From Oligoflexia bacterium (lineage in GTDB: Bacteria > Bdellovibrionota > Bdellovibrionia > JABDDW01), in the NCBI GenBank assembly GCA_043732305.1, contig JAYTHU010000192.1:1-25503 (forward strand): a DNA stretch of 25,503 bases, given 5' to 3'. The stretch's first letter is position 1. Each line of letters starts with the position of its first letter. The notes beneath the pieces were generated by a model. That model had not been told where the DNA came from, searched no databases, and saw only the letters and a program-made list of their open reading frames with translations. Below, piece by piece: positions 9,631 through 18,693 of this stretch. A program made the translations under genes and the position numbers.

Positions 9631-10396
9631 GCATCTCCCCTAAATTAAGAATGGTCAAAAAATCAAAACACTGAAATTCTTTATCATAAGCAGGCTGACT
9701 AAAAACTTCGGCCCCAGCTCGGATATAACTTTTGAGAAGAGACGGCACCATAAAATTAATCTCTTGAGCCGCAAGGAATGTTTCTTGAGGCAATTCCAGG
9801 CTGAACTCAGGGGTTGTTGAAACATTATAATTAAATTTCTTCAACGTGCTTTCAAAATGACCCTTGATTTGAGCTACTGCCATTGGGACGTTAGTCATCA
9901 CGCTGGAACAACCGAACATAAATTGGGCATCGACTTCAGCACAATATTGAGCAAGTCCTTTCCATAGCATGTCTAGAACAATACCATTTCTATAATCAGG
10001 ATGAATGCAGCATCGGCCAAGCTCCAACTTGCCGCCGGGTCGAGATAAAAAGTCGGCCATATCGAATTCTTTTTGTGAATAAAATTTATCAGTGAATTCA
10101 GAACTCAGCACGCGGTAAGTTCCAATAATTTTTGATTTATGCATGTCTTCAATAACTAAGTGATCACAGAGGAGATCGAAATCATCAAAATCCAAAACCC
10201 AAGGCATGATAACTCCTCGCTCTTCAAAAAATACTTTTTGCCTGAGTAGGATTGCCTCATGAAGCTCACGTGGTTTTCTGACAGTGCGCACCTGATAATT
10301 CCCGACAGTCAATAAGAGCTTAACTTTTGGTTTGAAAGAAAGGATTTTCGAGATGGCCTGTAGGTGCTGGACTAGACGTCTAACAGTTCTTTTCAT
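9536..10396 (-). CDS. GNAT N-acyltransferase, OlsB-like (amino acid N-acyltransferase)
   Basis: LRQKVF, DFDDFDLLCDHL, IIGTYR, FYSQKEFD, LELGRCCIHPDYRNG, FMFGCSS, PSLLKSYIRAGA, PAYDKEF. Confidence 0.88.
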   Translation of the reverse strand: MKRTVRRLVQHLQAISKILSFKPKVKLLLTVGNYQVRTVRKPRELHEAILLRQKVFFEERGVIMPWVLDFDDFDLLCDHLVIEDMHKSKIIGTYRVLSSEFTDKFYSQKEFDMADFLSRPGGKLELGRCCIHPDYRNGIVLDMLWKGLAQYCAEVDAQFMFGCSSVMTNVPMAVAQIKGHFESTLKKFNYNVSTTPEFSLELPQETFLAAQEINFMVPSLLKSYIRAGAEVFSQPAYDKEFQCFDFLTILNLGEMHAKYRSKYFSQVAATNRKVRSDIILNRNVRA

Positions 10397-10610
10397 GGTT
10401 CCCCCTTTTCAGAATATTATAAATAATCTTCCGTTCAGGGGGTGTCATGACTTGGTTAAGATTAAATTAATCGTAATCGCTTGAATATTCCTTGTAACGG
10501 CTTAGAAATTTATTTTTAGAATAGCTTTTGAGTTTGCAAAAAATATGAAAATCATATTGTCTAATATTTTTCATACAAACGTGTACAGCCAATGATGGCA
10601 AGGAAATAAG

Positions 10611-11396
10611 ATGAAATTTGAAATTTGCGGAACAGTGATGCAGACAGTCGCTATTGATCTTACTCAAGGCGAAAAAGTCTTTAGCCAAACCAGTTGCATG
10701 GCTTGGATGAATGACCAAATTTCAATGGAGACCAACACAGGCGGCGGGCTAATGGCAGGCCTGAAACGCAGCTTTGCTGGAGGATCTATATTCATCACTG
10801 ATTTTACTGCAAAAGGAAATGGACACGTCGCTTTTGCTCCCCGTTTTCCAGGAAAAATTATTGCGAAAACTTTAGCTGCTGGTGAATCTCTCATTTGTCG
10901 CAAAGAAACTTTTCTCTGCGCTGAAAAATCAGTGAGTCTTGAACTGGCATTTCAAAAAAGTCTCGGTGCCGGTTTTTTCGGCGGCGAAGGTTTTATTCTG
11001 CAAAAAGTCACCGGTCCCGGGACAGTGTGGCTCGATCTTTCGGGCGAAGTGGTGGAAAAAGAATTAGCCTCCGGCGAAAAATTACTGGTTCATGCCGGTC
11101 ACGTCGGCATCCAAACTCCGAGTGTGCAATTCAATATTGAAATGCTCCCTGGATTTAAAAATATCATTTTTGGTGGTCAAGGACTATTTCTTGCCACTCT
11201 CACAGGACCTGGCCATGTTTGGTTGCAAAGTATGCCGATCATGAATTTGGCGGAAGAAATATCCCGCTATCTTCCCAACAACGGAATGGAAGGAGGCGGC
11301 ATCGGAGGAGCGGTAGGTGGTGCCATGGGTGGTAAGGGCGGCGCACTACTCGGCGGAATTTTGGGAAGCATCCTTGGCAGTGGTGACCGCGATTAG
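10611..11396 (+). CDS. AIM24/TIGR00266 family protein
   Basis: GGGLMAGLKRSFAGGSIF, GFFGGEGFILQKVTGPG, LTGPGHVWLQSMP; Gly-rich tail. Confidence 0.92.
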   Translation: MKFEICGTVMQTVAIDLTQGEKVFSQTSCMAWMNDQISMETNTGGGLMAGLKRSFAGGSIFITDFTAKGNGHVAFAPRFPGKIIAKTLAAGESLICRKETFLCAEKSVSLELAFQKSLGAGFFGGEGFILQKVTGPGTVWLDLSGEVVEKELASGEKLLVHAGHVGIQTPSVQFNIEMLPGFKNIIFGGQGLFLATLTGPGHVWLQSMPIMNLAEEISRYLPNNGMEGGGIGGAVGGAMGGKGGALLGGILGSILGSGDRD

Positions 11397-11405
11397 AGCA
11401 GAAAT

Positions 11406-11909
11406 CTATTGATCAGCGGCCGGTTGAGATGCGGGCATTCTGTCTTGTTTATCAGATAAAAGTTTTTGATAACGCGCGATTCGCTCTGTGTTTGATTTTT
11501 CCTTTTGCTTTTTAAGATTAGCAGCATATTTTGCCTGCTGTTGCTCTTGTAGAATTTCTTGCGCTTCGCGCACGCGGATATGTTTAGCTTGTTCCATATC
11601 TTCATTAACAACTATTTTTTTCTTCTGCTCCTTTAAATACTTCTCCTGAGCGTGATTGTACGCAGCAGTTTCAGCTTGATGCTTTTTTTCCAATCGAACC
11701 TCCTCAATCTGTTCAATCTTTCTCTGGATCTCGCGCTGCTTTATATATTGAGTAAAGTTTGGATCTTCTTCTGCCCGCACAAGATCTTCTATCTCCACGG
11801 GATTGCTCATCTCATGTCGATGCTTCGTCACTCCGCTGACCTTCAAAAAGTCGGCACAAACATTCTTAGCGGATAAAATTAAAACTAAAAAAAACAAAAA
11901 GTATCTCAT
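11406..11909 (-). CDS. Hypothetical secreted coiled-coil protein
   Basis: Signal-peptide-like N-terminus, E/K/Q-rich helical body, C-terminal RMPAS. Confidence 0.75.
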   Translation of the reverse strand: MRYFLFFLVLILSAKNVCADFLKVSGVTKHRHEMSNPVEIEDLVRAEEDPNFTQYIKQREIQRKIEQIEEVRLEKKHQAETAAYNHAQEKYLKEQKKKIVVNEDMEQAKHIRVREAQEILQEQQQAKYAANLKKQKEKSNTERIARYQKLLSDKQDRMPASQPAADQ

Positions 11910-12010
11910 AACTTATTCATCGGCTTTTGATGCGCGCCTATTAATGAAAAACGCTCCCAGACTCGACTTTAGATAGAGCAAATGTTCTGGCAGGCAATTC
12001 CAGCATGCTT

Positions 12011-13654
12011 TCAATTGTGGAGCACTACGCCGGATTGCACGGGAAGAGAGATCAAAGTTAAACCGGTAGCTCCATTGTTAAAAACGGGATCAACAACTCC
12101 ATTAATTTTTTTATAGGTGCCGCCAAGGGCAATATTGTTGACAGCAGCATTTGTGGGGTTCACCAACACAATTCCATTGGTAAAATTTCTTCTCCAAACT
12201 AAATTGTTGGATGAATTTGAAACTCCAGTGGAAAGAACGCTCCACAAAGTTTGTGTAGGTGTCACAACGTTAAAAGCATTTCCTGTAGGATTTCCAAGCC
12301 ATCCTTTGGCAGCTCTCGCCGCCGTGGCCGTCGCATCGGTGGGAACTACCGCACATCCACTTGCGTTCACGGCATATTCATCGAGCCAAAATGCGGCAGA
12401 GTATCCGCCGCCAGTAGCATTAGTGTTGCTCGTCGCAAAATATCCGTTGAACATTAGAGCCGAAGCCAAACCAAAACGGAGTTGAGCAAGTTGCGCCGTG
12501 GTCAACCAATTATTTCCGGTGGAGACCATCAAATCATAAAGCATATGATTTGCATCTTGGCTCGCCCCACCAAAATTTATATTTGCTTGAATGAACGCAA
12601 AATTAGGAGTCTGGCCATTCATGATCCACGTGGCGTAACTGTACATGGCTCCTTGCCAACCCGGGCCGCTAGCGACGGAGTTTAAAAAATCTTCAACCAT
12701 CGTTCCTTGAAGAGCGTTAGTGTAACTTGGAATAATTTGGCTTGCCCCCCACCCGCTATTTCCAGCAAGAATAAAACCGGAAGGATAAGTCGAACGCTCT
12801 TGCGCGTAGAGTGAGGTCAACCCATTTTGCCAACGAACATTTACGGGATTTGTCATGTTGGTTAAATTGCCTACACCACCTAAATCATCAGCACCATTGT
12901 TTAAAAGAGACACGGTAGTGAAATATCCTTGAGTGGGTATGGTCGTGAACCCTCCCCAGTCATGATAAATTCCGTCCGTGTTTTGATTTGCGATAATCAT
13001 ATTTTGCACAGTCGTCATCCACCGAGATTGCCAACCAGCATTGGCTGGATCAACGATATGAGAATAATAAGTGGCACTATTAAACGGGTAAAGCTTCAGA
13101 GGACTTCCACTTGTGTCATGAAATAACCAAGAATTATTAAAATCATTTGTCCCAAGATCTGTGCAAGATGGCCCGAATACGCTGAAGCCAGTCCCAAAAG
13201 CATAATTAGTTAAAAGCGGATGATAGCAAATTCCCGCTGCGTTGTTGATAAAATCAGCCACGCTGAAATAAGCCACTTGAACTTGATTCGGATTCAAATT
13301 TCGAATCGGCCCTTTATAGCCAAGAAAGGAACTAAGAGTAGTATAGGAAGTAGACGCGGAGTTGTTACCGTCGATGACAACATAGTCATACCAATGCAAT
13401 CTTGAAAATAAGTTCTGCCCCAAGAATAAATTCCCGGCATTTCCTCCCCATGAAACCTGAGTGTTGTTGGCAATTCTTGGATAGCCATGATTGGATTGTC
13501 TGCTAGAAATTCCAGCAAGGTCTGCCTGCCATTGAGAAATTCCAACGTTATTTGAACCGGAGTTTCCACCACCGCCACCACAGCTAACCAGAAACAAGGT
13601 TCCCAGCCAAATTAAAATAATTTTCTTACATGAAACTAAATAGTTCATCCGCAC
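12011..13654 (-). CDS. Lipoprotein with putative glycoside hydrolase (GHL15-like) domain
   Basis: Lipobox LVSC then GGGGG linker; DGIYHD, MVEDF, LRFGLASALM, WLDEY, VWRRNFTNGIVLVNP. Start GTG 13654 or ATG 13648. Confidence 0.72.
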   Translation of the reverse strand: MRMNYLVSCKKIILIWLGTLFLVSCGGGGGNSGSNNVGISQWQADLAGISSRQSNHGYPRIANNTQVSWGGNAGNLFLGQNLFSRLHWYDYVVIDGNNSASTSYTTLSSFLGYKGPIRNLNPNQVQVAYFSVADFINNAAGICYHPLLTNYAFGTGFSVFGPSCTDLGTNDFNNSWLFHDTSGSPLKLYPFNSATYYSHIVDPANAGWQSRWMTTVQNMIIANQNTDGIYHDWGGFTTIPTQGYFTTVSLLNNGADDLGGVGNLTNMTNPVNVRWQNGLTSLYAQERSTYPSGFILAGNSGWGASQIIPSYTNALQGTMVEDFLNSVASGPGWQGAMYSYATWIMNGQTPNFAFIQANINFGGASQDANHMLYDLMVSTGNNWLTTAQLAQLRFGLASALMFNGYFATSNTNATGGGYSAAFWLDEYAVNASGCAVVPTDATATAARAAKGWLGNPTGNAFNVVTPTQTLWSVLSTGVSNSSNNLVWRRNFTNGIVLVNPTNAAVNNIALGGTYKKINGVVDPVFNNGATGLTLISLPVQSGVVLHN

Positions 13655-13670
13655 ACGTCCCTCACTTCTG

Positions 13671-13679
13671 ATTATAGCA
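13671..13679 (-). promoter_or_regulatory. Consensus extended -10 (TGcTATAAT) for the lipoprotein gene
   Basis: TGCTATAAT on the minus strand, followed by GAGGG and the start codon. Confidence 0.6.
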
Positions 13680-13771
13680 GAAAAACAGAATATTTAGATT
13701 CTAGAGACTAAAAAATCATGAACAGGATCGGAGGTTTAGACCAATTAATAAAGTGAAAATTCGTTAAAGTT

Positions 13772-16700
13772 TTAAAAAGTTGGGGAGGATAATTCACCAG
13801 TAACTATTTTTAATACTAATGTTGCAACATCATGTTCGAACTGTAAATTCCAATAAACATGCTCTCCCTGCAACCACGCTCGGTATGACTGATCCCACTC
13901 TGAGAGTTGACCAGATTTTTTGAGATATCTTGAACGAGCGAGTTTTAAAGCGCGGGCCGCTTCCATTCTTTGATTGAGTAAGAGCGGAATAAGTTTCTCG
14001 GTTCGGTCATACTCTATTCTAGCTTCATTGATTTCAGATTTTATTTCATTTGAAGCTTGCTCTGCCTCGTGGGTGGCCGCACTAGAGTTCCATTCGGTGT
14101 GATCAACATCTGAAGATGTTTTCATTCCATCAAATAGAGGAATTTTAAGTGCTATGCCTACGACGTAATTTTGATTCGGCAAAAGATTTGTATTCTGCAA
14201 TTGTCCTACACTCGCAAGGCCAGTAATTTTTGGATAGTAAGCCGCACGCACAAAATCTGTTTCGGCCAGTAATCTACTTTTTTTAGCTAATATTTCTTTG
14301 AACTCAGGGCGTTTCAACTTGGCCGTTTCCCACATTTTGTCGACCGATTGCATCACTCCATTTTTATCATTAGCTTCTACACAAATAAACTTCTCATCAC
14401 CACCCGCTCCGATAGCTAAATTCAATCGATCTAAAACAAGTTCTTGTTTCTTCTCGCTACTTATCCGATTTGCCTCAGCTTCACTGAGCGCAACATTAAT
14501 CAGCGCGAGTTCGACTGGCGAAAGCTGTCTTGTAGAAACAAGAACTTTAATTTCTTTGGCGAGCGGCTTGAGCTGATCTTCAGCCGATTTAAAAATTTCA
14601 ATTTCGCGACGAATCCGTTGGCAGTCAAAATAGCGGTAAGCCGCATCGACGGTGATTTTTTCGATGGTCATAGCTTCGGAACCTTTATTTTCTTCCAAAC
14701 GCATTTCCTCAATTTTCACTTTTTTTGCAGTTCGGCCAAAATCATAGATCGTTCCCTCTAAATCAAGACTCACCCCGTAACCATTTCTAAAGGATGAATT
14801 ACTTAATGCCGCAATACCCAGGCCGGAAGTTGATCCACTCATTCCATTGCTCTCAACAGCGGAAGCCCCTATGCGTGGCCAGTATCCTGATTTTGCGCTT
14901 TTGATAGCTGAATATTGTCCGGCGATGCGATCGCGAGATGCCTTGGCAAGTGGGTGCTGCTTTTTTGCCAGTTCGATGACCTGGTTCAAAGAAATAATTT
15001 TGTCAGACGCCACCGCAGACTTAGGGGACAGTAATGAAAGTGCAATCAGACCTGTGAAAACAGAAACGATTAAACTACGCGCGCGTTTAATCACACTTTT
15101 GGTATGAAAGGAATAGTACAGACATGGAACCACAAAAAGACTCAATACCGTTGAAGCAAGAAGTCCCCCAATCACTGCGCGGGCAAGCGGAATATTTGGC
15201 TCTGAGCCCCTCCCCATTCCAATTGCCATTGGTAGCAATCCGAGAATTGCAGCTAGCGAAGTCATCACGATTGGTCGTAACCTCGTCGTTGATGCATCGA
15301 CAATTGCTATCTCGAGTGGCAACTTTTCCTCGCGAAACTTAAAATTTATGAACTGCACGATAAGAATACTATTTGAAACGACAATACCCGCCATAAAAAT
15401 AATCCCAAGAAATGATTGAATGTTAAAAGTGCTCCCAGTGATCAAAAGTGCCATGACCACTCCGAAAAGTCCGAGGGGAACTGCAATCAAAATTACAAAT
15501 GGATCCGTTAGTGATTTAAATTGAGCGACAAGAACTAGGTAGATTAAGAATATGGCCAAGATAAATCCCCACCCGAGATTCTCAAATGATTCTTTTAAAA
15601 AGCTCATTTCTCCTCTGAGATTTATTTGATATCCAGCAGGTGAAATTGTTTGCGAAATTACTTTTTCGATTTCGTCAGACACGCCAGAAAAATCACGTCC
15701 GGAAACATTTGCATAAATATCTAAAACCCTGCCAATGTTCAAATGCTCAATTTCGGTGGGTGCAGTGCCGTTCCCAAAACTAGCCAATTCTTTTAAAGGA
15801 ACTGCCCTCTCTTGTTGACGTCCGGTGATGGATAGGTTTTTAAGTGTGTCTTCATCCACAAGATCTCTTTCCCGATATTGTGTTCCGACAAAATAATGAT
15901 TGCCGTTTTTTTGATCAATCCAAAAAGCGGGTTCAAAATTAACGCTCGAATTGGTTGCGGCAACGACATTTTTTACGATGTCTACAGCAGTCAAACCCAT
16001 ACTCGCTGCCTTTCTTCGATTTACATCAATGGTGATTTGCGGATAATCGAGGCGCTGTTGAATACGCACATCAACGAGTCCTTTAATGTCTTTAATTTTA
16101 TCGATCAAGTCTTTACCAAGCTTTTCAGAAATGTGGAGGTCATTGTCCGTGATTTGAATGTTTATAGGTGACGGAAGACCAAACGTCAAAGCGGCGGTCA
16201 TGATACTTTCGGTATCGATCACAAACTCTGAATCTGCAAATTTCTTCGGCAATATTTGGCGAAGAGCCTGAGCATACTTTTCGCTCGATTTTTTTTGACT
16301 CTCCTTGAGCTGAATCTCAAGAAATGCATCTTGAGGGCCGGCGTTCGGAGTGTAGGCCGCGGGCCAATCGTATAGCACTCCCATATTGGAGATAATCGTT
16401 TGAATTTCATCCGAGGGAATAACTGCGCGGACTTCGCTAGCGACTGCTCTTACTTGCTCTTCCGTTTTTTCTATTCGAGTTCCGGATGGAAGACGTACTT
16501 TTATCGTGAGATGCCCAACATCTTGAGATGGAAAAAGATCTTTTCCAACATACTTGTACAATATTCCAGTTACGCCCATCAGGATTCCGCACATAACAAA
16601 AAGAAAAATTCGCTTTTCGATAATTTTGGGTAAAATGCTTTTGTATTTAATTTCGACCTGACTAAACAGCTGTGAAAATCGACGTTTACTTTCAGATTTA

Positions 16701-18184
16701 TGAATTTTTATTTTTTTAAGTAAAATCGGAATAACCGTCATAGCCACAAAGAATGATGCAACCATAGAAAGCGCTACACTCCGTGCGAGTGGCGCAAAAA
16801 GGAAGGCAGAAATACCTTTAAGGAAAAATACGGGAACAAAAACAATGATAGTTGTCACCGTGGCGGCAAGGACGGGCATCATAACTTCTGCGGCTCCTGA
16901 AAGACTTGAGTCTTCATCCAAGTTGAGACTTTTATGTCGGACAATATTTTCGGTAACTACAATAGAGTCATCAACGAGTCGCCCGATCACTAGGGCTAGC
17001 CCTCCTAGCGTCATCGCATTGAGAGTATCCCCCGTTACCAAAAATCCAATAAATGCGAAGAATAGAGAGAGAGGAATAGCGAGTGCCGTGACAAACGCGG
17101 TTTGCAAATGGCCAAGAAACAACCAAATCACAAGCACCGCGAGAATTGCTCTCTGGATAATTTCAAAAGTGAGGCTGGTGATCGCATGTCGCACATACTG
17201 AGATTGGTCCGCAACAAGGTCGATATGAATCCCCGGCGGTAGACGAGCCAGAATTGATTTTATAGAATTACGAATCGCATCAACAACGGCGATCGTGTTC
17301 GCGCCCGGTTGTCGGTAAACAGGTAGATACACCTGTCGTTTTCCATTCACGTGAACAATATTACTTTGGATTTGCGAACTATCCTCAGTTTTCCCTACAT
17401 CGGATAAAAGAACCTCACCGCCTTGAAGACTTGAACGCACAGGAAATTGATTCATCTCATCTACTTTTGCAACCAAGCCGTTCGAGACAATCTGCACATC
17501 TTTGTCACCAATTTTCATATTTCCGGCGGGAATGAGGGTATTGAAATTGCGAAGCGTTTGCACAATATCAAGAAGTGATAAATTAAAACGCTTTAGTTTC
17601 GCGGGATCTGCATATGTCAAAATTCTACGAAGCTTTCCCCCATAAACTGCTGGGGCAATCACTCCGGGAATTCCCTGAAGACGGTTACGTAGATCAAAAT
17701 AAGCAATATCGTAAAGTTTTGTCTCATTGAATTCGTTAGATTCATCTCCGGATAATGCAAGCAAAACTAACGGCACCGTCGCCGTTGGATCGAACGGCAT
17801 AACCATTGGTGGAATTGTTCCTGGCGGAAGATAGTACAGATCGCTCATCGCAAGCGAGGTCACTTGGCTTAAAGCAGTGTTAGGATCAATGTCTGATCTG
17901 AAATAATCGCGGACAATTGACACGCCCAACATCGAACGGGATTCTTGTCTTTCAATTCCGCTAGCTTGGCCTGTCCACCTTTCGATTCGAGAGGTAATGT
18001 CTTTCTCCACAACTTCTGCGGGCATTCCAGGGTAGAGCGTTAAAATCTGCACCGCGGGAGTTTTAAATAACGGCAACAGATCTTTTGGCAAACGCAGGTA
18101 GGCAACGACTCCAAGAGTGATGGAAGCCATTGACACGACTAAAATGAAATATGGGTTTTTGAGCGCAAAACGAACCAGAACCAT
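13772..18184 (-). CDS. RND efflux permease fused to a TolC-like outer membrane efflux domain
   Basis: aa 1-~1025 RND (GRLVDDSIVVTEN, RLRPIVMTSLAAILGLLPMA, PLARAVIGGL); aa 1031-1059 hydrophobic linker; aa 1060-1470 OEP-like (ISLNQVIELA, AKSGYWP, TIYDFG, RAAYYP, LKIPLFDG). Confidence 0.92.
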   Translation of the reverse strand: MVLVRFALKNPYFILVVSMASITLGVVAYLRLPKDLLPLFKTPAVQILTLYPGMPAEVVEKDITSRIERWTGQASGIERQESRSMLGVSIVRDYFRSDIDPNTALSQVTSLAMSDLYYLPPGTIPPMVMPFDPTATVPLVLLALSGDESNEFNETKLYDIAYFDLRNRLQGIPGVIAPAVYGGKLRRILTYADPAKLKRFNLSLLDIVQTLRNFNTLIPAGNMKIGDKDVQIVSNGLVAKVDEMNQFPVRSSLQGGEVLLSDVGKTEDSSQIQSNIVHVNGKRQVYLPVYRQPGANTIAVVDAIRNSIKSILARLPPGIHIDLVADQSQYVRHAITSLTFEIIQRAILAVLVIWLFLGHLQTAFVTALAIPLSLFFAFIGFLVTGDTLNAMTLGGLALVIGRLVDDSIVVTENIVRHKSLNLDEDSSLSGAAEVMMPVLAATVTTIIVFVPVFFLKGISAFLFAPLARSVALSMVASFFVAMTVIPILLKKIKIHKSESKRRFSQLFSQVEIKYKSILPKIIEKRIFLFVMCGILMGVTGILYKYVGKDLFPSQDVGHLTIKVRLPSGTRIEKTEEQVRAVASEVRAVIPSDEIQTIISNMGVLYDWPAAYTPNAGPQDAFLEIQLKESQKKSSEKYAQALRQILPKKFADSEFVIDTESIMTAALTFGLPSPINIQITDNDLHISEKLGKDLIDKIKDIKGLVDVRIQQRLDYPQITIDVNRRKAASMGLTAVDIVKNVVAATNSSVNFEPAFWIDQKNGNHYFVGTQYRERDLVDEDTLKNLSITGRQQERAVPLKELASFGNGTAPTEIEHLNIGRVLDIYANVSGRDFSGVSDEIEKVISQTISPAGYQINLRGEMSFLKESFENLGWGFILAIFLIYLVLVAQFKSLTDPFVILIAVPLGLFGVVMALLITGSTFNIQSFLGIIFMAGIVVSNSILIVQFINFKFREEKLPLEIAIVDASTTRLRPIVMTSLAAILGLLPMAIGMGRGSEPNIPLARAVIGGLLASTVLSLFVVPCLYYSFHTKSVIKRARSLIVSVFTGLIALSLLSPKSAVASDKIISLNQVIELAKKQHPLAKASRDRIAGQYSAIKSAKSGYWPRIGASAVESNGMSGSTSGLGIAALSNSSFRNGYGVSLDLEGTIYDFGRTAKKVKIEEMRLEENKGSEAMTIEKITVDAAYRYFDCQRIRREIEIFKSAEDQLKPLAKEIKVLVSTRQLSPVELALINVALSEAEANRISSEKKQELVLDRLNLAIGAGGDEKFICVEANDKNGVMQSVDKMWETAKLKRPEFKEILAKKSRLLAETDFVRAAYYPKITGLASVGQLQNTNLLPNQNYVVGIALKIPLFDGMKTSSDVDHTEWNSSAATHEAEQASNEIKSEINEARIEYDRTEKLIPLLLNQRMEAARALKLARSRYLKKSGQLSEWDQSYRAWLQGEHVYWNLQFEHDVATLVLKIVTGELSSPTF

Positions 18185-18236
18185 TAAATTCCTCGATATC
18201 TTTTGAATTGGGACGCAGTTTTAAAACGAGGCTTTG

Positions 18237-18593
18237 CTAGGAGAGAAGAAAAAATGGTTTTGGTGGCTTAATGGGAGCAGGTAAATAAATATTACGGTGG
18301 CTAAAATTATATAAACTTATCGGGGAAACAAAAGACATTAGGCGAATTGAATACGATGAGACAGGTACTAGGAAATTGCAAAAACCATGAGGTAAAACGC
18401 TACCTGATTTTGATGTGCTGTCCGCAGGTGTAGAACTATCTGTTCGAAAATGCGGAGATATTATTTTTGAAACCTGTATTGAGGAGACTGTCCGTAAAAG
18501 GTCAGTTGTCTCACAACTCCACATCACAACGCTACCCGCGCTAGCTTTAAAAATAAATGCCACAATGAAGATTAAAAACAACATCTGACGCAT
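18237..18593 (-). CDS. Small exported protein upstream of the RND gene (CzcI/DUF2946-like architecture)
   Basis: Signal-like N-terminus (ASA), HGFC, C-terminal LPAPIKPPKP; own promoter; 52 nt before the RND start. Confidence 0.6.
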   Translation of the reverse strand: MRQMLFLIFIVAFIFKASAGSVVMWSCETTDLLRTVSSIQVSKIISPHFRTDSSTPADSTSKSGSVLPHGFCNFLVPVSSYSIRLMSFVSPISLYNFSHRNIYLPAPIKPPKPFFLLS

Positions 18594-18600
18594 CCGTAAA

Positions 18601-18628
18601 AGATTACCTTTTTAATAAGAGTTGTCAA
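18601..18628 (-). promoter_or_regulatory. Sigma70-type promoter for leader ORF and RND-TolC
   Basis: TTGACA (18628-18623), 16-nt spacer, TAATCT (18606-18601), 7 nt before ATG 18593. Confidence 0.6.
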
Positions 18629-18693
18629 CGGAGACTCGAATTAATCAAAGTAAAAACTTTGAACTTGCTTGCTTGGAACCCTCTTTATAAGAT

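Noticed and set aside
13631..13659. GAAACT-N18-CGTC on + strand
   Set aside because: Spacer 2 nt too long and antisense over the lipoprotein start.
14298..17201. Several 63-118 aa ORFs inside the RND-TolC gene, considered as a hidden adaptor
   Set aside because: Short antisense or alternate-frame ORFs with no MFP features.
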